A DNA stretch of 63,349 nt, filler included, from Octopus bimaculoides (lineage: Eukaryota): assembly GCF_001194135.2 (NCBI RefSeq). It is 7 parts of 6 records of this genome, joined end to end, with 100 filler letters (N's around TTAATTAATTAA, not from the genome) between each part and the next. Parts side by side here need not be neighbours in the genome. Positions count along the whole stretch, not along the records: positions 1 to 10,801 come from NC_068983.1; positions 10,902 to 23,004 come from NC_068998.1; 5 more parts are not named here. One strand, given 5' to 3'. A program made the translations under genes and the position numbers. The notes beneath the pieces are model-generated. The model ran no database searches and was not told the DNA's origin. It saw only the letters and a list, made by a program, of their open reading frames with translations. Shown here piece by piece: positions 1-13,472 of this stretch. The stretch's first letter is position 1. Each line of letters starts with the position of its first letter.

Positions 1-631
1 TTAGAAAAATAGTTAAAACTTACTGTATAAAGGTAACGCGTGCGTTCTGTCGTGATACAAACAATATATGAGTATATGCATATATATGTACATGTATGTA
101 TATACGTTCATCTACATGTACATATAGATACATAACTGGGTACATGACGTGGCAAAAGAACAAGGACAAAATGGTAAACAAGGTGCAACAAACAAGCAGG
201 CCACATAGAAACATCCCCTTCATCAGCTGCCACCATTAAAACTCCGGCGTTTCGAAGAATTAAGGCAGTACGCATCGTTAAAATGGTTCTTCCCACGGAC
301 ACAAATTAAATTGTTTTCGTGGAGGGTAGTGGCGGACGGAAAACAAGACAGGAAAACGAAACGGTGAAATAAACAAATAAAAAGGCTGTACAGCCAGACG
401 TGAAGTGTGTATATATATATCATCACAAAGCAGAACATCCTAAACACCCATTTTTCAGGAGCATCGACTGAAAAATATTCCTCCTTTACTACATATACAT
501 ACTAGAACTCGCCATCGGCAGTTGTCGTTGCTGTTGTTTAGTTCAGGTCAACCCTGATTCTAACCGTGACCATCCCTTCTTTTTAAAGAAATGTAGGACT
601 ACATTCATTCGCCGATATGTCATTCCCTCAG

Positions 632-853
632 GGTAGCGAGCTGGCAGAATTGTTAGCGCACCGGGAGAAATACTTAGCGGTATTTTGTCTGTCTTTATGT
701 TCTGAGTTCAAATTCCCTCGTGGTCGACTTTGCTTTTCATCTTTTCGGGGTCGATTAAATAAGTACCATTTACGCACTGGGGTCGACTTAATCCCTTTGT
801 CTGTCCTTGTTTGTCCCCTCTATGTTTAGCCCCTTGTGGGCAATAAAGAAATA
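632..853 (+). mobile_element. SINE family A (tRNA-like head, central gtcgactttgcctttcatcctttcggggtcgataaa block)
   Basis: Dispersed copies by eye: + at ~9985-10180, 44105-45365 (five), 54415-54557, 56250-56460; - at ~8310-8521, 17921-18095, 28292-28430, 28970-29170, 55245-55420. Confidence 0.8.
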
Positions 854-2456
854 TATTGTTCCTTTGCTTTAAAAGTCGGAATTTGAGTTGATTTAGCTGA
901 TGTTACCAGCAAGTCGAGTAATTATGTAGAGGCTTCCACTGCCAAAATGTGTTGCAGTAACCAAACCCGGCACTTTACGTTCTAATTTCAGATCCAACTG
1001 AGGTTCACATTGTTTTTTTTTTTTAATCCTTCTGGGGCTGATTAAATAAAATACTAGACAATTATTAGTTCGATTCAATCACTCCAAATTTCTGGCCTGT
1101 GACTATGTTAGGAACTAATATTCTGAATAAAATTTTTTATAAAAATTCAAATGTCATTGCCTTCAATATTACGTCAAACCCCAGACCCCATTCAGGAGTG
1201 ATGGACATCGATATCTCGCCATTTTTGTAGCTTATCAACATCACGTACCTGAACCGAAATCAGAAGCGAATCATACCACTAGTATACGGCTTATATACAT
1301 ACAGTTTAAAAATTATGTGTTGGTATGCCTGCAGAATGCATACATGAGAATAAATTCAAATATGTATTTATTCGCCATAAAAATGGTGAAACATCGATGT
1401 GGATCACTCCTAAATAGGATCTGGAGTGAGTTGTCTCGCTTGTCCATGACTTTCAGACGTTTTAAGACGCGGCGCTTTAAGAGAGTAGTCTGTGCCATGC
1501 TAAATCACAGCCTATGGAGAAATACACTAAACAAGTACGTTAAGTATATGTTGTCGATAATGTTTCTTACACAAGCGATGCTTCTATTTCATATTTGAAT
1601 GTGTGTGTGTGTATGTGTGTATGTGTGTGTGTGTGTGCATGTGTGTGTGTGTGTGCATGTGTGTGTATGTGTGTGTAAGTATGTGTGTGCGTGTGTGTGT
1701 GTGTGTGTGTATTACGCGTTACAAAAGCGTTACGTTCCTAAAATACTGTAATGTTGATTTCCGTAGCGAGAAAGGTATTTCCTCTTGACTTAAATGTTCA
1801 TTAACTTCCATATAACATGAAACTCAATAGAACGTATCTTTCGCGTTACAGACTTCCTCTTTACGGCGAAACATTCAGAAACGCAGCGCTCCTGCAATGC
1901 GAGGATACCTGTGTATATGTATGTGTATATACATACAAACACATACGCACATATACACATACATACGTGTGTGTGTGTGCGCGTGTGTATGTATGCATAC
2001 TAGTTTTATGTGCACCAGTTTTATGTGCACATACGTGTGTGTATGCGTGCCCTTTGTATGTGTCTGTGCAAACTTAATGCGTACCTGGTAGTTATCAGTT
2101 GAGAGTCACTGATTTAATCGACAGTGTACTTCCTCTATAGTTTTAAAAACTAATATCATTAAAATCTCAATGGCGATACCCTAACAGAATCGCTAGAGTA
2201 CCAGACAAAATGCTTTGCAGTGATTATCTACAACTCTTCACGGTTTGGATTCCAATCCCGCTTATGTTTCATTTGCCTTTCACCCTTCTGTGGTCAGTCG
2301 AAAAAACAGAGTACCAGTCAAGTAGTGAAATCGATATAATCAACTAACTTCTTTCCCAACAAATTTCAGGCCTTAGCAATAATTATTATAGTTTCGAAGA
2401 CACCAGACAATATGCTAAGTATAACCGTATATAATGACATAGAAAACACTTTTTAC

Positions 2457-2590
2457 TTAAAATAATGTCTCAGCTGCTTCTTGTGTCCCTTTTGCTCTAT
2501 CATTCCACCATTCCTGTTTAATTTTCCTTAGAGCAGTCTGCACTTTCCTTTTCAGCTTTCTGTAAGCTTCGTTTGAGTTGGGGTTCAAGT
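2457..2590 (-). mobile_element. Short RTE-like LINE fragment (APE-RT linker)
   Basis: EAYRKLKRKVQTALRKIKQEWWNDRAKGTQEAA resembles the RTE-clade linker ending ..WW..KA.E.Q.AAD. Confidence 0.45.
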
Positions 2591-3907
2591 ACATACATAC
2601 ATACATACATACATACATACAAAGGAACACTGGGATATGTAACACGCTGCCTAAATACCAATCTTGAGAAATTAGGATTCTCATAATTAGAAAGGCTCTC
2701 TAGAACCACAAAAAATCTAAGGGCCTCTAGCATCCACGGACGAGAAACAGAAATCAAATGCTTTTTGGAACCCAGTCAAATTGCAACAAAATTCGCCCTC
2801 TCCCGTCGCACTTCTGACATCAGTTTTAATGATTAAAAGTTGCATAGTATATCACCGAATTCCTTTCTTCTCTGCTTGTTGAGCACTGAAATATGCATGT
2901 TTTTTTTCTTTTCTTTCAGATATATTCAAGTGCTTTGCAGATTTGAAACAGGTTACTAATAAACTGACAATGCTCTTTGCTAGAATTAAAGGCAGTTCCT
3001 AGGATTTGGGAACATGTAAGTTCGTGAAAACATCTGCGATGGTGCAGGTGTAGATATACTTGTACTTTTGTGATAGGTGCGCATATCACGTTATACACCG
3101 GAGCGTGCTTTATATTTCTATTTTCAAGTGTGTATGGCATACGCACAAGCGATAGCATGCATACATATAGAGGAATCTTGAAATGTTTTATAAATCTTCA
3201 CTGAGTCAATCCTAAATCGATTGTACGTATGCGTATGTCTATATGCATACACGTACGTACGTACGTACGTATGTATGTATGTATGTATGTATGTATGTAT
3301 GTATGTATGTATGTATGTATTTATGTATGTATGTATGTGTGTGTGTATATGTGTGTGTTTTCATGTGAGTATACATGTATGCATACAAGTATGTATAAAT
3401 GTATGTATGATTGTGTGTAGTAGGCATATATGTGTATGTATGTATGTTGTATGTACGTATGTATGTATGTATGTATGCATGTAGGTAGGTAGGTAGGTAG
3501 GTAGGTAGGTAGGTATGCATTTATGTATGTTTGTTCACAGGATAATCAACCAGGATCTTGTTGGTAACGACGAACGAAGTGTCCGTGAGTGACCACAACA
3601 TCGCAATTACAATAACAAACTGAAAGTAAGTTTGTCAGGTGTTTTTAAAGCAATAAGCCAAAATGTCGACAGTGGCATGGATTATATGCCAAGAAATTTC
3701 ACTATGGTCTTTAAACTCTGTAATGATAGGCATAACTAAGTGAATAGCAACCTTGTTAATTGTCGTAAAACGCCTATAGACTAAATCATTGGACAAACAG
3801 ACGTTGTTAAGCTTTGGATAATCACTAGGTCATGTGATCAACATTGACCAGTTTCTGAAACAATGTGATTGCTACAAATAAACACGTACATTAGCAGATA
3901 CGCTCAC

Positions 3908-3990
<83 letters not shown>

Positions 3991-4083
3991 ACACACACAC
4001 ACACACACGCTCACACGTATACACACACTCATTCAATCATTCACTCCCTTTCAATAACACGCACAAAAACACACAAACATGTA

Positions 4084-4608
4084 CAGTAATGCCTCGATAT
4101 ACGAGTTAATTCGTTCCCAGAGCAATAATTTTCCATAGTAACAATGTTACAAACCGTACTTCGTTCTCAGAAAAACATTTTAACTATAAAATTTAAAATA
4201 CTCGAAAATAAATGGCAATAATGCAATAATAAAATGTAAAGAATATTTTATGTGAAAATAAAAGGTAAGTTAGGATCTTTTATACTAAACAAATATTATA
4301 ATCGTTTTCTGAATCACTTTCACTTGCACTAGACTCGCGCACACCATCACTTGTAGACACGATCACCGATTCACAAGCACTCGTAGACGGACTTGTATAT
4401 ATCTTTTTAAAAACATGTGTTTGCTTAGAAGAAGTTTTTATTCTGTCGCTATATGCAGCTGTGTAGATGAGTCAGGACCAGTTTTGCCACATGTTGCGAC
4501 GTTGCTACACACGGAAAATGGCTGTTTAACCTTTTTATATTTTTGTAAAGTAAAACTCGTAAACCCGTTGTCTCGTAAAGCGGGTCCTCGTAAAATGAGA
4601 TATTACTG
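4084..4608. mobile_element. Tigger/pogo-like MITE
   Basis: TA|CAGTAATGCCTCGATATACGAG ... CTCGTAAAATGAGATATTACTG|TA: imperfect ~22-bp TIRs starting CAGT, TA on both sides, no coding capacity. Confidence 0.7.
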
Positions 4609-4845
4609 TACACATAAGCACTTATACGCACAGACGTAAACGTATGTATACACACGCTCGTTTACATTATTATTAACAAAACCGAAAATATTAAATTGTT
4701 TATGTGGTTTGTTATTTCTATTTTTCATCGTATTCGTTGCTAACATTCGTAATTGCTGGTATTGTTTGCACTATAGAACAAAAATCAAGTCCGTCTCCAA
4801 GAAACCTGACTTAGCATTACATACATACATACATACATACATATG

Positions 4846-5220
4846 GGGTATGTAACACACTACCTGAGTATGGATTTTGAGATATTAGGCTTCTCAAAAC
4901 CAGAAAGGAGAAAACTGATTCGGAAACTACAGATCCAAGCTATTTCTGGAAGTGTAAAAGTTTGTAAAACTTTCCAGAAGTTTATCATTTAAATATATAT
5001 GCGCATGTCTAGACATGCAGTAATATGGAGGAGAATACATATATAAACTTCATTATACAAATCAACACATGCACTGACTCGAAATAATGCACATATGCAT
5101 ACATACATGCAAAAATACACTGTTGATGTTGTTGAAATTCCAATAAAGGAGCCTTGGATCTGGGCTAGAAACCGGTTCTTTCTCCATTGACAAGAAATCT
5201 TAAAATAAACTGGATAATGA
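4846..5220 (+). mobile_element. 3' end of another probable RLE-type LINE followed by a (CATA)n tail; shorter related piece at ~2620-2720
   Basis: GYVTHYLSMDFEILGFSKPERRKLIRKLQIQAISGSVKVCKTFQKFII* resembles RLE-LINE C-termini. Related sequence (gggatatgtaacacgctgcc...gagaaattaggattctc) at 2624-2700. Confidence 0.5.
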
Positions 5221-5387
5221 CATACATGCATAAATACACACACATACATACACACATACATACATACATTCATACCTACATACACGCACACATACATACA
5301 TCCATACATACATACATACTTACACACATATATACATACACACATACACGCATATACATACATACATGCATACATACATACATACAC

Positions 5388-5420
<33 letters not shown>

Positions 5421-6278
5421 CATACATACACACCTACATACATACATACATACATACACACCTACATACATACATACATACATACATACACACATACATA
5501 CACACATACACGCATATACATACATACATACATACATACATTCATACATACNNNNNNNNNNNNNNNNNNNNNNNNNNNNNNNNNNNNNNNNNNNNNNNNN
5601 NNNNNNNNNNNNNNNNNNNNNNNNNNNNNNNNNNNNNNNNNNNNNNNNNNNNNNNNNNNNNNNNNNNNNNNNNNNNNNNNNNNNNNNNNNNNNNNNNNNN
5701 NNNNNNNNNNNNNNNNNNNNNNNNNNNNNNNNNNNNNNNNNNNNNNNNNNNNNNNNNNNNNNNNNNNNNNNNNNNNNNNNNNNNNNNNNNNNNNNNNNNN
5801 NNNNNNNNNNNNNNNNNNNNNNNNNNNNNNNNNNNNNNNNNNNNNNNNNNNNNNNNNNNNNNNNNNNNNNNNNNNNNNNNNNNNNNNNNNNNNNNNNNNN
5901 NNNNNNNNNNNNNNNNNNNNNNNNNNNNNNNNNNNNNNNNNNNNNNNNNNNNNNNNNNNNNNNNNNNNNNNNNNNNNNNNNNNNNNNNNNNNNNNNNNNN
6001 NNNNNNNNNNNNNNNNNNNNNNNNNNNNNNNNNNNNNNNNNNNNNNNNNNNNNNNNNNNNNNNNNNNNNNNNNNNNNNNNNNNNNNNNNNNNNNNNNNNN
6101 NNNNNNNNNNNNNNNNNNNNNNNNNNNNNNNNNNNNNNNNNNNNNNNNNNNNNNNNNNNNNNNNNNNNNNNNNNNNNNNNNNNNNNNNNNNNNNNNNNNN
6201 NNNNNNNNNNNNACTGCTCACAGATATTTGAATATGAGAGGTACTTACCAATTTATAATGTACACACACACGCACGCA

Positions 6279-6333
<55 letters not shown>

Positions 6334-8522
6334 TGTAAAGCGGCACTGTGAGATCTTTTTTAATACCAGGGTTGAACTGCAAGTACATAGGAACTTGCAG
6401 AAACACAGCTGTTCTAAGAAAAATAATGAATCATTTTTAATTTAATAAATTCAGAAGTATGCAACTTATATTAAATTACTGTTTTGGTGTTAAACTTAAA
6501 CCTACTCTTTTTTTTTCTTTTGTTATATGGGTTTTTCTGGTTTCGTCAGTAAGTGGTTTAAAATTTGAATAAGGTACTTGGTTACCCCAACCTATCTTCT
6601 CTTGTAAAGTATGTACCAAGTAGCTTTCTCTAGAACTATGTAATAAATGTACTGGTTCTTGAGTGCATATATACTGTTTATCTATATCGTAGAGTCTAAC
6701 ATACTGTATAAAATATAATGAGTTGAAAAACGTCGGTTAATTGAGATTAGCCATACAGTTAATTAGCAAGAAAGAAAAAAACTTAGATTTTCATTTCACC
6801 ATCGAATAGGAGAGAGTTAAAAAAAAAAAAACTTGTAAGGGAGGTAACCCTAATAAAATCAACTAATCGGTAATTTTGAAAATAACGGCGTTGAAAATCG
6901 GATTGGATCATATCTTTAAAGGTAATTCGTGAAATCAATGAGCATATTTTGGTTTTATTAGATATCCTCAGTGAAGCATATTCTACAACATGGCCGTTTG
7001 TGTTTGTGTACGATTGTATGAATGCATGTTGTATGTATGTATGTATGTATGTATGTAGGTAGGTAAGTAGGTAGGTAGGTAGGTAGGTAGGTAGGCATGC
7101 ATATGTGTGTGTGTGTGTGTGCATACGTATGTATTAATACATGACATAGTGTATGTCTGCATTTATGTATGAGTACATGCTGTTTAAATACATGAAAAAG
7201 AATTGGATAAGGAGTAAATATCAAAAATAATTAGTCCTGAACATTAATTGATGACAACCAAATCATAGTGTGACTGCAGGTCAAAGCTTAATTAACAAAC
7301 TTGTGCAAAAGCTTTATAATTATTGCTATATCAATTAATATTTTAATGTATATTTTGATATGGTCTATTTTTGGCCTACATGCCCTTGTTGGTAAAATGC
7401 AGTTTTGTGTTTATCCATTAAATCACGCTCATGTAAGCTGTTCATAAACAGGTGTTTTTTAAATTTTTTAATAAAAATGATCGTCATGAGGAAAATGAAA
7501 TAAATGCAACATTGTTTAAACCTTACTTTTGTGCTATACTACTATGAGCTGTTCATAATATCAGTCATCTCATAAGATGCGTTATTAAAAGATACGGGTT
7601 TCACTCTGGTTGTTTGTTGATATTTTATCTCTTGTTTCTTCTGATCGAACTAATTTTTGATTAAAGGTTCCCCATTTGTGTCTATTTCACCTTTTCTCTC
7701 TCTTCGGGCGCACTTTATCTAAGATTACGTTATTCAATGTATCATTCATTTTTTTTTTTTAAAAAAGATCGTAGAATGTGATCTGGGGTTAATTTAGTTC
7801 CACTTTCAAATAGATTGAGACTTGTTTGTGTCTGGTTTCAGGTAGGAGAGAGTGAATAAATAATTTTTAAAAAGATGAAAAGTTCTATTGACAACTTCTT
7901 TCAGTTGATTTCCCGGTTCGATTCCCATGTTGGGAGCTATAATGTTGTACAGCAGCTTCTGTACAATCAACAGGTCTCGGGTGCAGCTGGGACGTACGTT
8001 TCTCATTATTTGCGTATGTGTTAACTGAATAATATCAGTGGAAAATTGATGTTGTTCAGGAATTCTACTTGAGTTAGGTCATGCGCAGTACCTCCGAGAG
8101 ATATTTTATAAGGGGATCAAAACTGCTTGCAAACTCCATGAGGCGGGAATCATCTCAAATCTGAAGGGGATTGCAAGTTTTATTTATTTATTTGCTTTGT
8201 TTGTCTGTCATCATGACTACCTGTGATGGGTATAATGGGCTTCATATATTTTACCCCAGTGTCACTTTGATGGCCAGGACTGCTCTCTCATTCAATAATA
8301 ATAATGATTTTGCCACAAGGGCAGCAATTTGGGGGGAGGGGATGAGTCAATTTCATCGACCTCAGTGTTCAACTGGTACTTATTTTATCGACCCAAATAA
8401 GTGGATAAAAGGATGAAAGGGTGAAAGGACAGTCAAGTCGACCTCAACGGAATTTGAACTCAGAACGTAGCGGCAGACGAATTACCACTAAGCATTTCGC
8501 CCGGCGTGCTAACGATTCTGTC

Positions 8523-8597
<75 letters not shown>

Positions 8598-9014
8598 GAG
8601 GGTTCTTGGCATCTAAAGTTACTTCTTGTAACTCAATAGGAGGGTTCTTGGCGTCTAAGGTTACTTGTTTTAGCCCGATGTTACGATTCTTTTCTTTTCC
8701 AACAGTCTAATATGTTGTATTATTATTATTACTTCATGAAAACATTCAGCTTCATTTTGCTGAGTTCGATGGAAAGTGTCAGCTTCCTACAGCTAGCAGA
8801 CTAAGGTGATATTTTTTTTTTACAGATCATGCTTCATGGTTTGCTGCAGTTAATCCACCTCTTTACATTTCTAATCCAAATCCTGCAGGAGCAAACTTTG
8901 CCTTTCATCCTTACGGGGTCAATAAACTCAAGTACAAGTCAAGTCGATCTAAGTGACTAACTTCCTCTCCTTAAAACTACTGACTTTGTGCCTAAAGTAG
9001 AAAACATTACGATG

Positions 9015-9083
<69 letters not shown>

Positions 9084-9536
9084 CTTGTTGTAGTTGTAGA
9101 GGCCATGGTTGACGTCGTTTTTGTATTTGTTATGGCCGTTGTTTAGCTATTGTGAATTTTTACAACAAAAGATTACGTTTTCCTGAGCACCGTTTAGAAA
9201 ATATTTTTTCCCCAGGATTACTCTAAAAAAAGAAAAAGGGGGTGATTTTTGTTATTTTCAACAACAAGGGACTACGGAATAATTAAACGTATGTTCCATT
9301 ACCCTGGTTTTAAAAGGTTCGTCTTAAGACGTGTCTTTTGGTGTAAATGTATACGTGCATATACCGTGTGTTAGTGTAAATCCTTTGATATGGAGTGGAG
9401 AGACTAAGCCCTAGAGCCCTCATAGGCCTTACAAGATCGTTGATATCAATATGGCTAACCTCTTTCATGAAAGACTGCAAGCTAATGGCTGCAGACAGAC
9501 ATAAGTAAGGAAAGTTGACGTTCTGGATAGCTAGTG

Positions 9537-9588
<52 letters not shown>

Positions 9589-10801
9589 AGAATTTGTAAA
9601 TTCTTTTCCTTTTTTATTCAAGAGAGAAGGCACTGCCTTCCCTACTGACTCAAAGAAACTTTAAGCACTCATTAAAAAGCCTTTGAGACTGGGGGTGGGA
9701 GAAAGGCAACGTGAAAAAGAAGACCTCAACCAGACCGAATGCTTGAAACATAGTGGTATCCGCTAAAGGTAATCAAAATTCCATGTGGTGATGGTCGTGT
9801 GTGAGTGAGTACATGTATATATGTCTACGTGTGTCCAAGTGTGTATGGGTGAAGGCGCATGGCTGAGTGGTTAGGGTGAACCGCTCACGATCGTGAGTTC
9901 GATTCCTAGCAGCACGATGTGTCCTTGAGTGCGAGTATAGAACTGAAAAATATAATCCTTGTAATGATTTAATACCCTAAAGCAGCGAACTGGCAGAATC
10001 GTTAGAACGCCTGGCAAAATGCTTAGCATCATTTTGCCCGTCTTCACGTTCTGCTTTCAGATTCCGCCGAGGACGACTTCTCCTTTCATGCTTTTAGAGG
10101 TCGATAAAAAAAGTACCAGTCGAACAATCTAATTGACCTATATTTCCCACGAAATTGCTGACCTTGTGCCAAAATTTGAAATTAATATAATTTAATGTCT
10201 ACCCAAGCTAATTAAATTATTGTTTGCGCTAATCAAGACAGACCTAATCAAGAAAACCCACAAACAAAAGATCTCTCTAGCCTAGAATTTTGACATAGTA
10301 CTATTCATAAAGCCAAAGTATTTAATGTGTCGTTCATTCTTTTTTAACACAGCCGGATATGGTTTCAAAGAGATTTGGCTACTATTTCTAGCATATTGTG
10401 CAACCAAATAGACGTTCTCTCGTTAGATTGAACTGTGTATGACTAAAAAAAAATTAGAGATAAATGAAAACTTATTAACGAAATTGGTTCATAGCGACAG
10501 ATGGTGCTTCTATCAAACTTTAACAGTGTTAATACTTCATTCACAGACAAGCTAAAAATACACAGTTTCAACAAGCTAGTTAGTTATATTACATACAATA
10601 AAGATCATTAGTGAATTTTTATGCCAGATACGATTATAATAAATACCAGTAAAAACAATCAGAAGTGACGTTTGCCCAATTTAACAGTAATGAAAACATA
10701 AAATAAATATATAGAAATAGTAATCCATCTCTTTATTCTCTTTGCACGCACGCACACACACACACACACACATCCACACACACACACACACACACACACA
10801 C

Positions 10802-10901
10802 NNNNNNNNNNNNNNNNNNNNNNNNNNNNNNNNNNNNNNNNNNNNTTAATTAATTAANNNNNNNNNNNNNNNNNNNNNNNNNNNNNNNNNNNNNNNNNNN
10901 N
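10802..10901. other. Assembly gap spacer (44 N + TTAATTAATTAA + 44 N); same linker at 23049, 37536, 57818, 60637, 62163
   Basis: Identical 12-mer with stops in all six frames, centred in ~100-bp N runs: a scaffolding artefact marking unsized gaps. Confidence 0.95.
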
Positions 10902-10908
10902 CAACAAA

Positions 10909-10965
<57 letters not shown>

Positions 10966-11090
10966 CATTCTACGCAAAACACTTTCAATACAGTAAACAT
11001 AAGAGCACCACAGCAAACCACAGCACATACCCAAGGCGCACAGAGCTGCGCTCGGTAGTGAAGTGAAAGCACGTTATAAAAATAAAACTA

Positions 11091-11156
<66 letters not shown>

Positions 11157-11896
11157 GAAATATACTTTAAGAATGTGTTAACAACAAACAAGATGAGGAC
11201 AAATATCCGTCAATTGTAAATAATGTAAATAATGTACATAATTCCTCGTCTCTTATATATAGAACTGTAAACGGAGTTTGGGAGTGAACGTGACGACGGG
11301 GTGAGGCAGATTGCGAATGGCAGCTGGGCAATACAGAAGGTCCTTAGTAACAAAGGGCTACAATATACAGGTGTAAAAAGCAAGTAAATAGAGGGGGGAT
11401 GTAAGTATCGGAAGTATCGGAAGATTGTGATAAATGAGATGGCTGAGTAATTAGAGTAGGAGGCTATTAAGTAGTTTGGTTAGAGGGTATCACACAAGAT
11501 AATCAAACAAATAACATTGTCAAAAATGGGGGCCTCTCTAAGTTTTTCCTTTCTCCCTTTTCGTTTTTCTTTTTCTTTTACCTGTTTAGGCTATTTTTGT
11601 TGTTGGTTTTGTCATTTTAGCCAGCCTTATGGCTTCAACGCCACCGTCGATAGTATGTATGTATGTACGTACGTACGTAAATATGTAAGTATGTATATAT
11701 GTGTGTGTGTATGTTTCTGCATGCATGTATGTAAGTATGTGGGTATGTATGTATGTATGTATGTATGCATGTCATGTATGTATGTATGTATGTATGTGTG
11801 TGTGTGTGCGGGTTTGCATGCGTGTATGTATGTGTGCGTATGCGGCTATGTTTGTATGTGTATGCGTGTATATATATATATATATATATATCTTAC

Positions 11897-11956
<60 letters not shown>

Positions 11957-12385
11957 GCATTTCTGTAATTATGCCCTATGCGTATGCATTTATGTATATA
12001 TACGTATGTGTGGCCGGATGTATATACACACATATAAATACACACACATACACACATTTATATATATATTTATATAGATATATGCATATATCAATCTACG
12101 CTCGGTCTAATAAAGACAAGATTCGCTTGTTGAAAGCTTAACTATATACACCCAATCTTTCTTGTATGTAAGTATATAAAAGAGATTTTAAAAAAATGTT
12201 TCTTCAGTCAAGCTGACACGAACGCTCAGATTCATACATATATACATACACAGAAACATACACACAAACACACAAACACATACATTCATACATAAATACA
12301 CAATTATACATACATACATATATAATATTAACGTAGATCAACTCTTATTTGTAGTTGCTGGTATACACATATAAATATATGAAGG

Positions 12386-12612
12386 GGCGCAAGCGTAGCT
12401 GTATGGTGAAAAGCTTGCCTCCCAACCAACTGGTACTAGGTTCAGTGCCACTGCGTGGCACCTTGAGCAAATGTGTTGTACTAGAGCCTCGGACTAACCA
12501 AAGCTTTGTGAGTGAATTTGTTGGCGGAAATTGAAAGAAGTCCGTTGTATATGTGTGTGCATGTATGTATGTGTATGTATGAGTGTGTGTATGTATGTAT
12601 ATGTATATATAC

Positions 12613-12667
<55 letters not shown>

Positions 12668-12885
12668 TTTGCGTCTGTTTGTACCCCGCCTCCACCATCG
12701 CTTGACAACCGATGTTGGTGTGTTTACGTTCCCGTAACATAGCGGTTCGGCAAAAAAGACACCGATAGATTAAGTACCAGGCTTACAAAGAATCAGTCTT
12801 GGGGGACGATTTCTTCGGTTAAAAGGCGGTGCTCCAGCATGGCCGCAGTCGGATGATTGAAAGAGGCAACAGAATCAAAGAATAA
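12386..12885 (+). mobile_element. SINE family C: tRNA-like head, internal (TA/TG)n microsatellite, conserved 3' arm
   Basis: Head (gctgtatggtgaaaagcttgcctcccaacca...ggttcagtgccactgcgtggcaccttgagcaa) and 3' arm (cgcttgacaaccgatgttggtgtgtttacg...ggcggtgctccagcatggccgcagtc). Parts recur at ~15520-15710, 26950-27095, 27700-27930, 30200-30410, 32050-32210, 57490-57695 (+) and ~55440-55830, 57050-57350 (-). Confidence 0.75.
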
Positions 12886-13435
12886 ACGAATATATCTATA
12901 TGGACGTATGAGCAAGTTACTTGCATCGCATATCGAACGCACAAACACATTCTTTTCACTCGTAAATTCACAACACATACACGAATACTGACGGACACAT
13001 ATATACACACATATATACACGCGTATTAATATTTGCTCATGATGTACTATTCCAAAGGCTATTTTTTTTTCTTTTTGCGTGGGTTGCTGGCAAATAATGG
13101 TTTGATTGACTCCATGTGCGTATATTACATTGTATTACTGGTATTTTTTATACATGAAACTTGGTGTAATCAATCAGACAAAACCGATATTCTGCGTCCG
13201 TGTGTGTATGTGTCAGAGGGCAAGTAAGTGTGTGTGTATGCATATACATACATTTGTATGCATGTATATGTGTATAAAATCTATATAAATACATAGATAG
13301 ATAGATACATACATACATATATACGTACAAACATTCGTACGTACGTACATACATACATGAATACATACGTACATACATATATACATACGTACGTAGATAT
13401 ACAGATACATATATATACATACATATATATGTGTG

Positions 13436-13472
<37 letters not shown>

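Noticed and set aside
138-180. HDVAKEQG resembling the SLC6 EL4 motif (DVAKDG)
   Set aside because: No acceptor, upstream frame not SLC6-like, and a stop follows soon; chance similarity.
4989-6445. Long ORFs in the track (also 13148-14817, 19637-21112, 31966-33347, 37678-39818, 42254-43650, 59165-60490)
   Set aside because: Made of N gaps plus translated microsatellites (YI, CV, HT, LS repeats).
9428-9483. Minus-strand 56-bp exon-like segment (ISLQSFMKEVSHIDINDL)
   Set aside because: Splice-like dinucleotides only; no partner exons or recognisable domain.
10846-10857. TTAATTAATTAA palindrome repeated six times across the window
   Set aside because: Always centred in ~100-bp N runs; a six-frame-stop scaffolding linker, not biology.
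11591-11660. Possible TM-coding exon (AIFVVGFVILASLM...) upstream of the SLC6 exons
   Set aside because: No match to SLC6 TM7-9 motifs in any frame; weak donor merging into a microsatellite.
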